A stretch of 64,000 nucleotides of DNA from Nemertoderma westbladi (lineage: Eukaryota > Animalia > Xenacoelomorpha), in contig JAUCBJ010005651.1 of assembly GCA_032718475.1 (NCBI GenBank), positions 1 to 64,000 of the forward strand, in the 5' to 3' direction. Positions 36,186-50,714 of this stretch are shown here, piece by piece; the first letter of the stretch is position 1; each line of letters opens with the position of its first letter. The position numbers and the translations under genes are program-made. The notes beneath the pieces were generated by a model. That model was not told the origin of the DNA, ran no database searches, and worked only from the letters and a program-made list of their open reading frames with translations.

Positions 36186-39100
36186 GCGCAAATTGTTTCA
36201 GGATCTAAATGTACGGGAAGGAAAAATAAATATTATTCAACCTGATTTATTTCTTACAATTAATATAATGGTACCGGTGTAATATCGAACGTTTAACAAT
36301 ATTATATTTAAATAATATCTAAGTTCTTCTATGTTTACAGTTGGAGCGACTAATAATTATCTATTGGCGTCAAAACAATCCCGACCCACAGACAGACAGG
36401 CCAGACTTATATATTTACCAAATTTACCGTATTTATTTAATATATTATTGTAAATTCGACGCTAAAATTATGTTAATATATTATTTTGATTGTTTTTTTA
36501 TTCGGATTTCTGGATCCCCGACGTTCTAATTTAGTTTCATTATAAACAAGTTGTTCCTCAAGGTGCCAGAATAGTAACTATTGTAAGTAAGATTGATGGT
36601 TGGTAATTCTTTAATTATATGTTTTATTACATTATATAGAAAGAATAATATTTAAAATATATGTGTGGTGTGGAGGTAGTTAGTTAGTGAAGTACTAAGT
36701 TAATGATTAGTTATGTTAGTAATAAATAGTAGGGATATAAAATGAATCACAATAATATAAAACAACTATATATACCGTAACTAAATTACAATTTATTATA
36801 TTTACAGAAATAAAACAGAATAGCGTAAATTTATTACGGACTATTTATAATAATACATATTATTTAAAAATTTATGCCTTAATTGAAGGTTACTAATGTA
36901 CAATGGCTTATTTTGCAAATATTTATACAAATATATGTAATAATTCCATATCTTGGTAACAACAATTATTTGCGTAATAAATGACACCATTTATTTATCT
37001 CTTGTAGCTTCATACTTTATATAAATATTTATTGACCGCCCGCCATTATGGGTAATCTCTGGACAAACTGATGATACTGGCGACTAACTATTTTGAGTCA
37101 TCATATTTGTAATAATTTGCTATTAAGGGTTGGAGGAATGGTTTTACATATAATTAAAATTGCTGTTGAGCTCAGCTACCCGCGATGTCTTTTTTGCATC
37201 CAGATGGGATCGAACTGGTGACCTCCAGGTCGGAAGTTACTTCCTATTCCAATAGCAGTATGTGGAAAACATGAATATCCAATTGTATAGTAAAGTGAGT
37301 ATGATTCAGTGATTATCTCGACTCAACAGTATGAACTCTATACTAGAAAGGCCAGCAAGTTGGCTGTATAAAGACTGTTTAGACAGACGTAATGTAGTTG
37401 GGTCCCTCCCCATTAAACAGCTTTGCTTACAGTCTGAGAGAGATTAATCCCAGCCTCTAAATGTAATTACTTTGAACGGTCCAGTGCTTAAAATTCAAGC
37501 AGCAGGCCTCCCACCTAACATAGCAGCTGAATAACCTTAGATATTCCCATAATATTCACTGGGATGAGCTATTCAGCTGGCGGAGTAATATATTACAAAC
37601 TTACAGTTGATGTTTGCTTACTCTCTAGGATATAATGAGAGAGTAATAAACTTGGCAAGTAATTTACTTCTGTACAGTTTGGGCCTATCTGTTCAATATT
37701 AGTAGCATTACTAGGCCCTCACGAGCACCAGCAGCGGTGTTTCTATTATTATTTTTGCACATCCTGGGGTTGAGCTGCGTCGATCGATATAACTTTCATT
37801 GGCTGACGAGCTATAGTTTCGGAGGAGTTCACCTGATAAAAAATAAATATAGAGAATACTTTTACAGTAATAAGAAAGGTCTTCTTCTCTAATTATGATT
37901 CAGTGCTAAGCTCTTATGGTCGACATCCTATTATAAGCCATATATTTTTAAGGAATATTGGTTGATAACTAGCCTTTTGCGCAAAAAGTAAATTTCCACC
38001 ATTACAGTGCCATTTTGTGTCCAATTTTAAAAATATTTGGTTTGGGCATTTTTAAGCAGCCCTGACGATGTTTAGTAGCTATTCATAAGTTCTTGTACCA
38101 CAAAAAATCATTTTTACCCAAATTTGTGAGGTGTGAAATTGTTGATGCGGTGCTACCCACCTTGAAATGGCCAATTTCAGGTTTCTTTTAAACTTAAATA
38201 CCCTATTCACGGGAAGTTTTTGAATTCGTACCTCGAATTCGCATCTCTCCGGAGGTCCTGGGTTCGATCCTCACATGAGGGCCATTCCAGTTTTCGTTTT
38301 GACTCGAATGTTTTAGAGGAACTAACTAGAGCCCATCTCTGTCTGCATCCTTACATGGTAGAGCAATTAGTAGACCTACTGGAGTTTCCTCTGGGGAGTA
38401 TAGTTCTGGTTCTAGGAGGACCACACTGGAAATAAGTCGTAATACTTTGTGTGTAATCCTTAGCCAAAAGGTCGAAGAAAAGTCTTTTTTTATCACAATG
38501 CATCCCTTGGTCACTGTTTCATGAAAATGTTAACGAACATACATAGTAGAAGCGGTCCCCATAGTCATCCTAAACCATCTTGGTTATAAATTTATCCAGA
38601 AAGGGGAGTAGTGCCTATTAAGCATTATTCACAGACAGTGCTAAACGGGCGTAAGTAATGCAGACCGGCGTAAAGTATGATGACGTATGAATACGTTTGG
38701 ATGTCCGTCCATACGGCAATCTATCGATGGACACTATTAATTGTCAGACTAAAGGAGTTGAATACTTTCAGTTTGCTTAGAGATTAATGTATAAAAAGCA
38801 GAAAGATTCATATTTGGCCATTATTGAAAATATATCTCTGGTATCAAAATTTCAGATAATTTCAACGAAAATAAAAGAGGTAGTTTTCATATTTGCTTCT
38901 AGATATTTCACACAAAAAATTGATGTGGTCATAAATATCGGGCCATCAAAAGAGACTATTATGGTCTCAGCTGTTACCTGTTAACCATATTGTTTAAGTT
39001 AAAGGTTATTCTCATGAATTGAAAGTCAAAATTTCCCCACCAACAGATGGAACTAAACCAAAAACAAAACAAACCGCAAACAATAGACCCTACCTATAAC

Positions 39101-40159
39101 TTCATTCCGTTTGGAAGGATAAGAACATAACACAACTTTATCAACCGATCTGCCTGTTGGAAAATCCTGAATTACGATGAGTTTGTTACGAGGGATTTTC
39201 TTCTCAATATCTTCTTCTACTTTGGTTTCAGTTTTTGTCGGTAAATTTGTTTCCTATTTTGCTTATTTTTTTATTTGCGGAATCACAAAATCTTTCGAGT
39301 TTTCTAGCTGTACTTGCGGCCTTCCTTTTCCCTGCCTTTCATGGCCATAGAGATGGTATAATACTTACAGTAGAGCACACAACGAATGCATGCAGGCTTC
39401 CTTACTGGACAACTCCTACAGTATGAATTATTAATAGCTACAGTACAACTTGCTAGGACTGGATTTAATCCCGAGAGATGTAACCCGAGAAACAATCTTA
39501 CACCAACAAACCATTTAAATGCCCAGAAAGCACACTTGTGTGAGACCGAAAGTACTGACTACAGCGACGTCAGAAACAGACACAAAATGTTGACCTGTCA
39601 GCATATGCAATTGTGAATTCAAGCCAACTGGCAAAACAGCAAAGTTCAGCATAAGTAAATCCCGATAAATTTGAAGGAACCATTGTCACACATAATTTAA
39701 AAATCATGCCACAAAGAAAAAACTGTCAAAATTTGTCAAGGACAGAAGTCAGGGACATACATTTTTTAACTCTGTTGTTCACGGCTCATGTGATGCCCAT
39801 ATGCTAATTCCATACACTAAAAAGTGAAAATATATTGTTTATAATAAGCATTATTTCACGCAATTAAAAAAAATTATTAAAAAAAACTGATTGTGTGCAT
39901 TTCAATTTGTGTCAGGGACAGAAAAATATTTGGCAAAACGGCATTCAAATTGACTTGTATTGCCTATAAAGCGAACTCATAGGTTTTTGTTGACCAGATT
40001 CGAAAATTTGCTATTATTCCTTAACATATTCCTGGAAAAAAAAACTTGATAAAATCACCTTTGAACAATGACTGAAGGGGTGACACATTTTCAATAATGA
40101 CAATTTAACCTACCGCATGGTGCACTGCTTCGCACTGTTCACGATTCATCGATTTGCAC

Positions 40160-41876
40160 TGCTCACATACAGCAACAATCAAGACTTACCTGGCAAACTG
40201 TAAATGAGGTATCTGGTCGGAAAAGTTGTGCAAAGGGGCGCCTCAAAGCCGATAGTCATGAAGAACGTGTTGGGAAGTGGAAAAATCACTTCAGCAACTT
40301 GCTTGGGCAGCCACCAAACATCGAGGTCAGGGAAAATATATGACAAGACACTACCTATAGAAACAGGGGACTTCACACCTGCCGAACTCCAAAGAAGCAT
40401 TAAAAGCATGTCCAATAATAAAGCGAGTGGATTAGATGAAATCCCAGCGGAGGTATGGAAAACCGGAGTGCTAAACAGACCATTATTTAATGTTTGCAAC
40501 CGGATGTTAAAAGGGGAAAAGCCACCACCAATTTGGACTAAAGGTCAACTAAAGCCTCTCCCCAAGAAAGGAGACCTCGGCATACCAACAAACTATCGTA
40601 GGATCTGTCTGCTTGTGGTAGCTGCCAAAATATACAATAAAATGATTCTATATAGGATTAGGCCTCACATAGAGAAACTACTGCGTAAGAGCCAAAACGG
40701 ATTTCGACCAAGTAGATCAACAATAGCTCAGATACTTGCACTACGGAGACTGATTGAAGGAATTAAGTCAAAGAATCTCCCAGCTGTCATGACTTTTGTG
40801 GACTTCAAGAAGGCATTCGACTCCATCCATAGAAGTAAAATGCTTGAAATCCTAAGAGCTTATGGAATACCAGAAGTAATTGTTGCTGGCATTGGATTGT
40901 TATATTGTGACACAGAAGCGCAGGTACTCTCACCAGATGGTGAAACTGAGTTTTTCTCAATCCTGGCTGGCGTACTGCAAGGTGACACATTAGCACCATT
41001 ACTATTTGTAATTGTGCTGGATCACGCAATGAGGACGGCCACAAAGGGTGAAGACCTGGGATTCACACTTCAAGAACGCAGTAAGTAGTAGATGTCCGGC
41101 AACTACAGTCACAGACACCGACTTTGCGGATGACATCGCCCTGCTCTCTAATACCCTAGCAGATGCACAGCTTCTACTAAATAAAGTGGAGAGGGCTGCT
41201 AAGGAGGTTGGATTGCATATAAATGCTACAAAGACCGAATTCATGACCTTTAATGTTGATGGAAACTTGACAACCATTGATAATAATCAACTAAGGAAGG
41301 TCGGTGACTTCCAGTACCTTGGATCATGGATAGAGAGTAGCAAAAAGGACATAGAAGTTAGGAAAGCAAAGGCTTGGGTAGCTCTATCAAAAATGGATAC
41401 CATCTGGAAATCAGATCTCTCCAGGCACCTGAAGACTAAGTTCTTTCGAGCCACAGTGGAAAGTGTATTTTTATATGGGGGTGAGACCTGGACACTGACT
41501 AAATCACTTGAACAACGAATTGATGGTTGCTACACAAGACAACTAAGGGCAGCCCTAAACATCAGCTGGAGACAACACATGAAAAACGCCGAACTTTATG
41601 GTACAATACCACCTGTATCAACCACCCTCCGTGAACGAAGATTAAGATTCAGTGGGCACTGCTGGCGAAGTAAAGACGAAGTCATACCAGATCTACTTTT
41701 CTGGCAACCAACTCATGGAAAGCGTAGTCGTGGACGACCGGCCATAACATATATAGATCAACTTGAAAGGGATACTGAACTTAGGAGAAACGAAATTGCG
41801 ACAACTATGGAGAATCGGGAAGCCTGGAAGGATCTCATTCCACTGTCCGAGTTCGCTCGACCTAGTAGTAGTAGTA
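40160..41876 (+). mobile_element. 5'-truncated RTE-like LINE with two frameshifts and a (TAG)n tail
   Basis: PKKGDL..NYR.I.L, QNGFR..RST, FVDFKKAFDSI, GVLQGDTLAPLLF, FADD, FQYLGS, RRLRFSGHCWR. Frameshifts at ~40330 and ~41085; tail CCTAGTAGTAGTAGTA at 41861-41876. Confidence 0.92.
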
Positions 41877-43384
41877 AACGTTTCAGCTGCAATACAGAAC
41901 ATAGAGGCCTAAACGGATGGTTTCGATTGGTTGTAAACCCAGAGGGAAATGATTGTCAGTGCATGCGCGAAGTGAATTACTTTTCGTTACGGACTCACAT
42001 ACTTCTGTAAGTCAAATCGACAATTTTGAATATACAATTATTTTACGCTGACAATGTTAAAATATTGAATATTGGTGCTATTGACTTTCGTTTTTGTTAG
42101 AGTTATAAACTCGTGTTGCTGCAATCTGTTCCTTTCCCTTAATTTATACATTATTAACATTGTTGATTCGTCGAGACTAGAATGGCATCACCCCCCCCCC
42201 CTTCCTCTCTCATGGGAATTATTAATATAATACAATATATTATTTTTAATATTCAGGTTACTATTTTGTTATTAATATTCGGTGACGAGATTTATTGATT
42301 GAAATGTAATGTTCATTCATATTTATAATGTTAAATTTAATATTACCCCATAGTATACCCTATAGAACTATGATTGTTAACTATCATTTCAACCGTATTT
42401 ACATCGACAGGGTGAATATACTGCACCTATTCTTACCATAGAGAGTTGAAATGCAATAGTGTTTAATAAATAATATATTAACTGCAGCATTAAACACAAT
42501 TATATATAAATATTCACTGTAAATAATATAAATAAATTTAAAAAATATGGTGAATAACAAAAAACAAATTAGACATTATTTGCATTGCATAGATAGGCAC
42601 TATAGTAAATCACGATATATAAAGTCAACAAAACCTATTAAATTATTAAACTAAATTACTATGATTGGCACAAAACCATGCAATAAATAAAATGAAATTA
42701 CAAAATACTAATGAAACTCAAACTACTACACTCTGAAACAAGATTGTATAATAAATTTAACTGTCTGTGCAAATAAAATTCCGCTAAATTAAAAGTTTAA
42801 TAAATAATTTCCATTAGCCTCATCCGATCCATAAGTGGTGCCTCGCAGCGGCTCGGTACGAACTGAAATGAATAAATTGAGTTCCGTAATCATTGGCTTG
42901 ATGGCGCTACTATCCGTATTGTATTACAGCTGAAAAAGTAACTGTCTTCCACTATATTTTAACACAAATAAGTCTAACATAAAATTTTGGAAAACCTAAA
43001 AATTTCTAAGTAGTTACTATAATACTCCATATGATTAGAAGATGGAATAATTTGCAACAACATTGATCTGTAACCAGTAAAAAACAGAGGTTTAGGACGG
43101 TAAATATGCACTTTTCAGGTACTAAACACTTCGATTTTGTAAATATCGCAGGTGACAATCCTAAATAAAACAGTCATGTTAACCATATATATAACCCTAT
43201 ATATATAGTCATATAATACTAGTCATGTGTGTGAGGACTGTGTGAGCAACAAGTTGCTGGAACATTTTTAAGAATTTCTATTTCCAGCAACGTCTTTAAA
43301 AACTACATTCCATTTTTATATTAGCTAATATTAGATAATTTGAGTGATTTGATATTATATATAAATGACTGGACATGTTGGCTG

Positions 43385-43605
43385 TGGGTCAGAGTAAAAC
43401 GCGGATCCGGGTTCTACATTTAACATTGTCCCTACGGAAGGCGATTTTTTTTATATTTTGATAACTCCCAAAAATAAAGCTATAACCTGTTCTATTGACT
43501 TTAGTTTATTGTTTTGGTTAAAATAACGTGCCACTGTAACCTGCTCCTTTCCCTTAATTGATAATTTTGGAATCCGGATACGGATCCGCGTTTTACACCT
43601 ACCCG
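43385..43605. mobile_element. ~220-bp MITE carrying the shared core (+)
   Basis: Arms GGGTCAGAGTAAAACGCGGATCCG / CGGATCCGCGTTTTACACCTACCCG; core at 43481-43562. Confidence 0.8.
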
Positions 43606-43620
43606 TTAGCTGTTTATTTT

Positions 43621-46600
43621 GTATAGTGTACCGTTCAGTGGATAGTGTACCGTTCAGTGGATAGTGTACCGTTCAGTGGATAATGTACCGTTCAGTACAT
43701 CGACCCGGTGGATACTGTACCGTTCAGTACATCGAGCCAGTGGATAGTGTATCGTTCAGTACATCGAGCCAGTGGATAGTGTACCGTTCAGTGGATAGTG
43801 TACCGTTCAGTGGATAATGTACCGTTCAGTACATCGACCCGGTGGATACTGTACCGTTCAGTACATCGAGCCAGTGGATAGTGTATCGTTCAGTACATCG
43901 AGCCAGTGGATAGTGTACCGTTCAGTGGATAGTGTACCGTTCAGTACATCGAGCCAGTGGATAGTGTACCGTTCAGTACATCGACCCGGTGGATACTGTA
44001 CCGTTCAGTACATCGAGCCAGTGGATAGTGTACCGTTCAGTACATCGAGACAGTGGATAGTGTACCGTTCAGTGGATAGTGTACCGTTCAGTGGATAGTG
44101 TACCGTTCAGTACATCGACCCGGTGGATAGTGTACCGTTCAGTACATCGAGCCAGTGGATAGTGTACCGTTCAGTACATCGAGCCAGTGGATAGTGTACC
44201 GTTCATTACATCGAGCCAGTGGATAGTGTACCGTTCAGTGGATAGTGTACCGTTCAGTGGATAGTGTACCGTTCAGTACATCGAGCCAGTGGATAGTGTA
44301 CCGTTCAGTACATCGAGCCAGTGGATAGTGTACCGTTCAGTGGATCGAGCCAGTGGATAGTGTACCGTTCATTACATCGAGCCAGTGGATAGTGTACCGT
44401 TCAGTGGATCGAGCCAGTGGATAGTGTACCGTTCAGTACATCGTCCCGGTGGATAGTGTACCGTTCAGTGGATGGAGCCAGTGGATAGTGTACCGTTCAG
44501 TGGATCGACCCAGTGGATAGTGTACCGTTCAGTACATCGAGCCAATGGATAGTGTACCGTTCAGTACATCGAGCCAGTGGATAGTGTACCGTTCAGTGGA
44601 TAGTGTACCGTTCAGTGGATCGAGCCAGTGGATAGTGTACCGTTCAGTACATCGTCCCGGTGGATAGTGTACCGTTCAGTGGATGGAGCCAGTGGATAGT
44701 GTACCGTTCAGTGGATCGACCCAGTGGATAGTGTACCGTTCAGTACATCGAGCCAATGGATAGTGTACCGTTCAGTACATCGAGCCAGTGGATAGTGTAC
44801 CGTCCAGTACATCGAGCCAGTGGATAGTGTACCGTTCAGTGGATAGTGTATCGTTCAGTACATCGAGCCGGTGGATAGTGTACCGTTCAGTGGATAGTGT
44901 ACCGTTCAGTACATCGAGCCAGTGGATAGTGTACCGTTCAGTGGATAGTGTACCGTTCAGTGGATAGTGTACCGTTCAGTGGATAGTGTACCGTTCAGTG
45001 GATCGACCCAGTGGATAGTGTACCGTTCAGTGGATAGTGTACCGTTCAGTACATCGAGCCAGTGGATAGTGTACCGTTCAGTGGATAGTGTACCGTTCAG
45101 TACATCGAGCCAGTGGATAGTGTACCGTTCAGTGGATAGTGTACCGTTCAGTACATCGAGCCGGTGGATAGTGTACCGTTCAGTGGATAGTGTAACGTTC
45201 AGTACATCGACCCGGTGGATAGTGTACCGTTCAGTACATCGAGCCAGTGGATAGTGTACCGTTCAGTGGATCGAGCCAGTGGATAGTGTACCGTTCATTA
45301 CATCGAGCCAGTGGATAGTGTACCGTTCAGTGGATCGAGCCAGTGGATAGTGTACCGTTCAGTACATCGTCCCGGTGGATAGTGTACCGTTCAGTGGATG
45401 GAGCCAGTGGATAGTGTACCGTTCAGTGGATCGACCCAGTGGATAGTGTACCGTTCAGTGGATAGTGTATCGTTCAGTACATCGAGCCGGTGGATAGTGT
45501 ACCGTTCAGTGGATAGTGTACCGTTCAGTACATCGAGCCAGTGGATAGTGTACCGTTCAGTGGATAGTGTACCGTTCAGTGGATAGTGTACCGTTCAGTG
45601 GATAGTGTACCGTTCAGTGGATCGACCCAGTGGATAGTGTACCGTTCAGTGGATAGTGTACCGTTCAGTACATCGAGCCAGTGGATAGTGTACCGTTCAG
45701 TGGATAGTGTACCGTTCAGTACATCGAGCCAGTGGATAGTGTACCGTTCAGTACATCGAGCCAGTGGATAGTGTACCGTTCAGTACATCCAGCTAGTGGA
45801 TAGTGTACCGTTCAGTACATTGAGCCAGTGGATAGTGTACCGTTCAGTACATCGAGCCAGTGGATAGTGTACCGTTCAGTGGATAGTGTACCGTTCAGTA
45901 CATCGAGCCGGTGGATAGTGTACCGTTCAGTGGATAGTGTAACGTTCAATACATCGACCCGGTGGATAGTGTACCGTTCAGTACATCGAGCCAGTGGATA
46001 GTGTACCGTTCATATATATCCCATCATAGTAGACATGTACCGAACAACAAGAGTCCCACAAGAAATGAAAACAAATAAGTTGGTGCCAGTTCCCAAGAAG
46101 GGCAACCTAACACTCTATGGTTCTTTTCGGGGAATCTCATTGATCTCGATTGCTGCAAAGCTATACAATAGAATTCTATTAAATCGCATCAGGGATCCCA
46201 TTGAGAGACTACTGCGTGGAAATCAGAATGGGTTCCGTAAAGGTCGTGGGACCATGGAGCCCATTTTGGCACTTAGAAGGATAATTGAAGAGTTATCAAA
46301 AAATAAAGACAGGCATCTGGCTGTTATCTTTGTTGACTTCTTCAAGGCCTTTGATTCAGTCTCTCGCTCACGTATGTTCAGCATACTTTCATTATATGGG
46401 ATTCCTGATGAAATTATTGCAGCAATTAGATCAGTATACGATGGTTCGACAACATTTGTGTCTACTGTTGACGGTGACACAGAACCATTTGAAGTGTTAT
46501 GGGGCGTCCTCCAAGGAGACACACTTGCACCATTCTTGTTCATTATTGTGGTTGATTATGTTCTACGCATGTCCTTAGATCATCATAATGATGATGGGGT

Positions 46601-49600
46601 GATGATAACTCCACCTACTGGCTCCAGAAGTCGAGGAAATCCTGCCAAGTACATAACTGATCTAGACTTTGCTGATGACTTAGGAGTACTCTCAGAATCA
46701 TTAGAGGGAGCCCAGCGGCTCCTCAGCTCATTAGAACATGCTGCTTCTAGTGTTGGTCTTTTTATTAACTCCAGAAAGACCAAAATTCTGACAGTTAACT
46801 TTGAAAGTCCTCAGCAAGTCTCTGATCGGATGAGCATAAGCTCAAAGGATGGTATGCTTGAGCATGTGGACGACTTCTGTTACCTGGGATCATGGATCCG
46901 GAAGTCAGGTGAGGACCTTCGAATACGTAAGGGAAAGGCATGGGAAGCCTTGAATAGGCTTTCCAGGATTTGGAAGTCACCTAGAATTAATCGGAAACTT
47001 AAGGTCCGATTATTTAGAGCAGCAGTAGTTCCAGTACTCCTCTACGGGAGTCCATGCTGGGCTCTAACTGCTGAGGACACCAAATCTCTGGATGGCACAT
47101 TCACAAGAATGCTACGCCGGGTACATTGTGTCAAGTACAATGCACACATCTCCAACCAGACACTATATAACATTGGAGGTGTCTCATTGGTTCCCCCAAG
47201 CTTGACACTAGAACAAAATCGCCTCCGCTTTGCAGGACATTGCTTTCGCCGTGAGGACCAGCCAGTGCATAATCTTGTACTTTGGCAGCCTCATGGAGTG
47301 AATAAGCATGGTGGACAGCCCATGACTTTCTTGAGACGCATCTTAAAGGACACTGGCCTTAAAGATGCGGATGATCTAGCAAATGTCATGGGTGATAGGG
47401 AGTTGTGGCGGTGCAATTTTGTTGACAAGCCGGCACAGCATTCTTAAAAATGCAGCTGCAATGCAGCATGCCGATCCTAGTAGTAGTAGTAGTACCGTTC
47501 AGTGGATAGTGTACCGTTCAGTACATCGAGCCAGTGGATAGTGTACCGTTCAGTACATCGAGCCAGTGGATAGTGTACCGTTCAGTACATCGACCCGGTG
47601 GATAGTGTATCGTTCAGTACATCGAGCCAGTGGATAGTGTACCGTTCAGTACATCGACCCGGTGGATAGTGTATCGTTCAGTACATCGAGCCAGTGGATA
47701 GTGTACCGTTCAGTACATCGAGCCAGTGGATAGTGTACCGTTCAGTGGATCGACCCAGTGGATAGTGTACCGTTCAGTACATCGAGCCAGTGGATAGTGT
47801 ACCATTCAGTGGATAGTGTACCGTTCAGTGGATAGTGTAACGTTCAGTACATCGACCCGGTGGATAGTGTACCGTTCAGTACATCGAGCCAGTGGATAGT
47901 GTACCGTTCAGTGGATAGTGTACCGTTCAGTACATCGAGCCAGTGGATAGTGTACCGTTCAGTACATCGTCCCGGTGGATAGTGTACCGTTCAGTACATC
48001 GAGCCAGTGGATAGTGTACCGTTCAGTACATCGAGCCAGTGGATAGTGTACCGTTCAGTGGATAGTGTACCGTTCAGTACATCGAGCCAGTGGATAGTGT
48101 ACCGTTCAGTGGATAGTGTACCGTTCAGTGGATAGTGTACCGTTCAGTGGATAGTGTAACGTTCAGTACATCGACCCGGTGGATAGTGTACCGTTCAGTA
48201 CATCGAGCCAGTGGATATTGTACCGTTCAGTACATCGAGCCAGTGGATAGTGTACCGTTCAGTGGATAGTGTACCGTTCAGTGGATAGTGTACCGTTCAG
48301 TGGATAGGGTACCGTTCAGTGGATAGTGTACCGTTCAGTACATCGAGCCAGTGGATAGTGTACCGTTCAGTGGATCGAGCCAGTGGATAGTGTACCGTTC
48401 AGTACATCCAGCTAGTGGATAGTGTACCGTTCAGTACATCGAGCCAGTGGATAGTGTACCGTTCAGTACATCGACCCAGTGGATAGTGTATCGTTCAGTA
48501 CATCGAGCCAGTGGATAGTGTACCGTTCAGTGGATCGAGCCAGTGGATAGTGTACCGTTCAGTACATCCAGCTAGTGGATAGTGTACCGTTCAGTACATC
48601 GAGCCAGTGGATAGTGTACCGTTCAGTACATCGAGCCAGTGGATAGTGTACCGTTTAGTACATCGAGCCAGTGGATAGTGTACCGTTCAGTGGATAGTGT
48701 ACCGTTCAGTGGATAGTGTACCGTTCAGTACATCGAGCCAGTGGATAGTGTACCGTTCAGTGGATAGTGTACCGTTCAGTACATCGAGCCAGTGGATAGT
48801 GTATCGTTCAGTACATCGAGCCAGTGGATAGTGTACCGTCCAGTACATCGAGCCAGTGGATAGTGTACCGTTCAGTGGATAGTGTACCGTTCAGTACATC
48901 GAGCCAGTGGATAGTGTACCGTTCAGTGGATAGTGTACCGTTCAGTACATCGAGCCAGTGGATAGTGTAACGTTCAGTACATCGAGCCAGTGGATAGTGT
49001 ACCGTTCAGTACATCGAGCCAGTGGATAGTGTACCGTTCAGTGGATAGTGTACCGTTCAGTGGATAGTGTACCGTTCAGTGGATAGTGTACCGTTCAGTG
49101 GATAGTGTACCGTTCAGTGGATAGTGTACCGTTCAGTGGATAGTGTACCGTTCAGTACATCGACCCAGTGGATAGTGTACCGTTCAGTGGATAGTGTACC
49201 GTTCAGTGGATAGTGTACCGTTCAGTGGATAGTGTAACGTTCAGTACATCGAGCCAGTGGATAGTGTACCGTTCAGTACATCGACCCAGTGGATAGTGTA
49301 CCGTTCAGTGGATAGTGTACCGTTCAATGGATAGTGTACCGTTCAGTGGATAGTGTACCGTTCAGTACATCGAGCCAGTGGATAGTGTACCGTTCAGTAC
49401 ATCGAGCCAGTGGATAGTGTACCGTTCAGTACATCGAGCCAGTGGATAGTGTACCGTTCAGTGGATAGTGTACCGTTCAATGGATAGTGTACCGTTCAGT
49501 GGATAGTGTACCGTTCAGTACATCGAGCCAATGGATAGTGTACCGTTCAGTACATCGAGCCAGTGGATAGTGTACCGTTCAGTACATCGAGCCAGTGGAT

Positions 49601-50713
49601 AGTGTACCGTTCAGTGGATCGACCCAGTGGATAGTGTACCGTTCAGTGGATAGTGTACCGTTCAGTACATCGAGCCAATGGATAGTGTACCGTTCAGTAC
49701 ATCGAGCCAGTGGATAGTGTACCGTTCAGTACATCGAGCCAGTGGATAGTGTACCGTTCAGTACATCGAGCCAGTGGATAGTGTACCGTTCAGTGGATAG
49801 TGTACCGTTCAGTGGATAGTGTACCGTTCAGTGGATAGTGTACCGTTCAGTACATCGAGCCAATGGATAGTGTACCGTTCAGTACATCGAGCCAGTGGAT
49901 AGTGTACCGTTCAGTACATCGAGCCAGTGGATAGTGTACCGTTCAGTGGATCGACCCAGTGGATAGTGTACCGTTCAGTGGATAGTGTACCGTTCAGTAC
50001 ATCGAGCCAATGGATAGTGTACCGTTCAGTACATCGAGCCAGTGGATAGTGTACCGTTCAGTACATCGAGCCAGTGGATAGTGTACCGTTCAGTGGATAG
50101 TGTACCGTTCAGTGGATAGTGTACCGTTCAGTGGATAGTGTACTGTTCAGTACATCGACCCGTGGATAGTGTACCGTTCAGTGGATAGTGTACCGTTCAG
50201 TGGATAGTGTACCGTTCAGTGGATAGTGTACCGTTCAGTGGATAGTGTACCGTTCAGTGGATAGTGTACCGTTCAGTGGATAGTGTACCGTTCAGTGGAT
50301 AGTGTACCGTTCAGTACATCGAGCCAGTGGATAGTGTACCGTTCAGTGGATCGAGCCAGTGGATAGTGTACCGTTCAGTACATCGAGCCAGTGGATAGTG
50401 TACCGTTCAGTACATCCAGCTAGTGGATAGTGTACCGTTCAGTACATCGAGCCAGTGGATAGTGTACCGTTCAGTACATCGAGCCAGTGGATAGTGTACC
50501 GTTCAGTACATCGAGCCAGTGGATAGTGTACCGTTCAGTGGATCGAGCCAGTGGATAGTGTACCGTTCAGTACATCGAGCCAGTGGATAGTGTACCGTTC
50601 AGTACATCGAGCCAGTGGATAGTGTACCGTTCAGTACATCCAGCTAGTGGATAGTGTACCGTTCAGTACATCCAGCTAGTGGATAGTGTACCGTTCAGTA
50701 CATCGAGCCAATG
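43621..50713. repeat. Two-module minisatellite: A=GTGGATAGTGTACCGTTCA (19 bp), optional B=GTACATCGAGCCA (13 bp); interrupted by a LINE
   Basis: Read directly; 19- and 32-bp periods are intermixed. Confidence 0.98.
46013..47491 (+). mobile_element. 5'-truncated RTE-like LINE with an uninterrupted RT ORF (46035..47447), (TAG)n tail and ~10-bp TSD
   Basis: RT motifs (QNGFRKGR, FVDFFKAFDSV, GVLQGDTLAPFLF, LDFADD, FCYLGS, RLRFAGHC); GTACCGTTCA at 46003-12 and 47492-501. Confidence 0.95.
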
Positions 50714-50714
50714 A

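Noticed and set aside
37200-38280. tRNA genes (B-box-like GTTCGATCC at ~37205 minus and ~38260 plus)
   Set aside because: No cloverleaf or A box; at most decayed tRNA-derived SINE heads.
43621-50713. CRISPR-like array (constant 19-mer with inserts)
   Set aside because: The inserts are near-identical 13-mers or absent rather than unique spacers; the context is eukaryotic and there are no cas genes.
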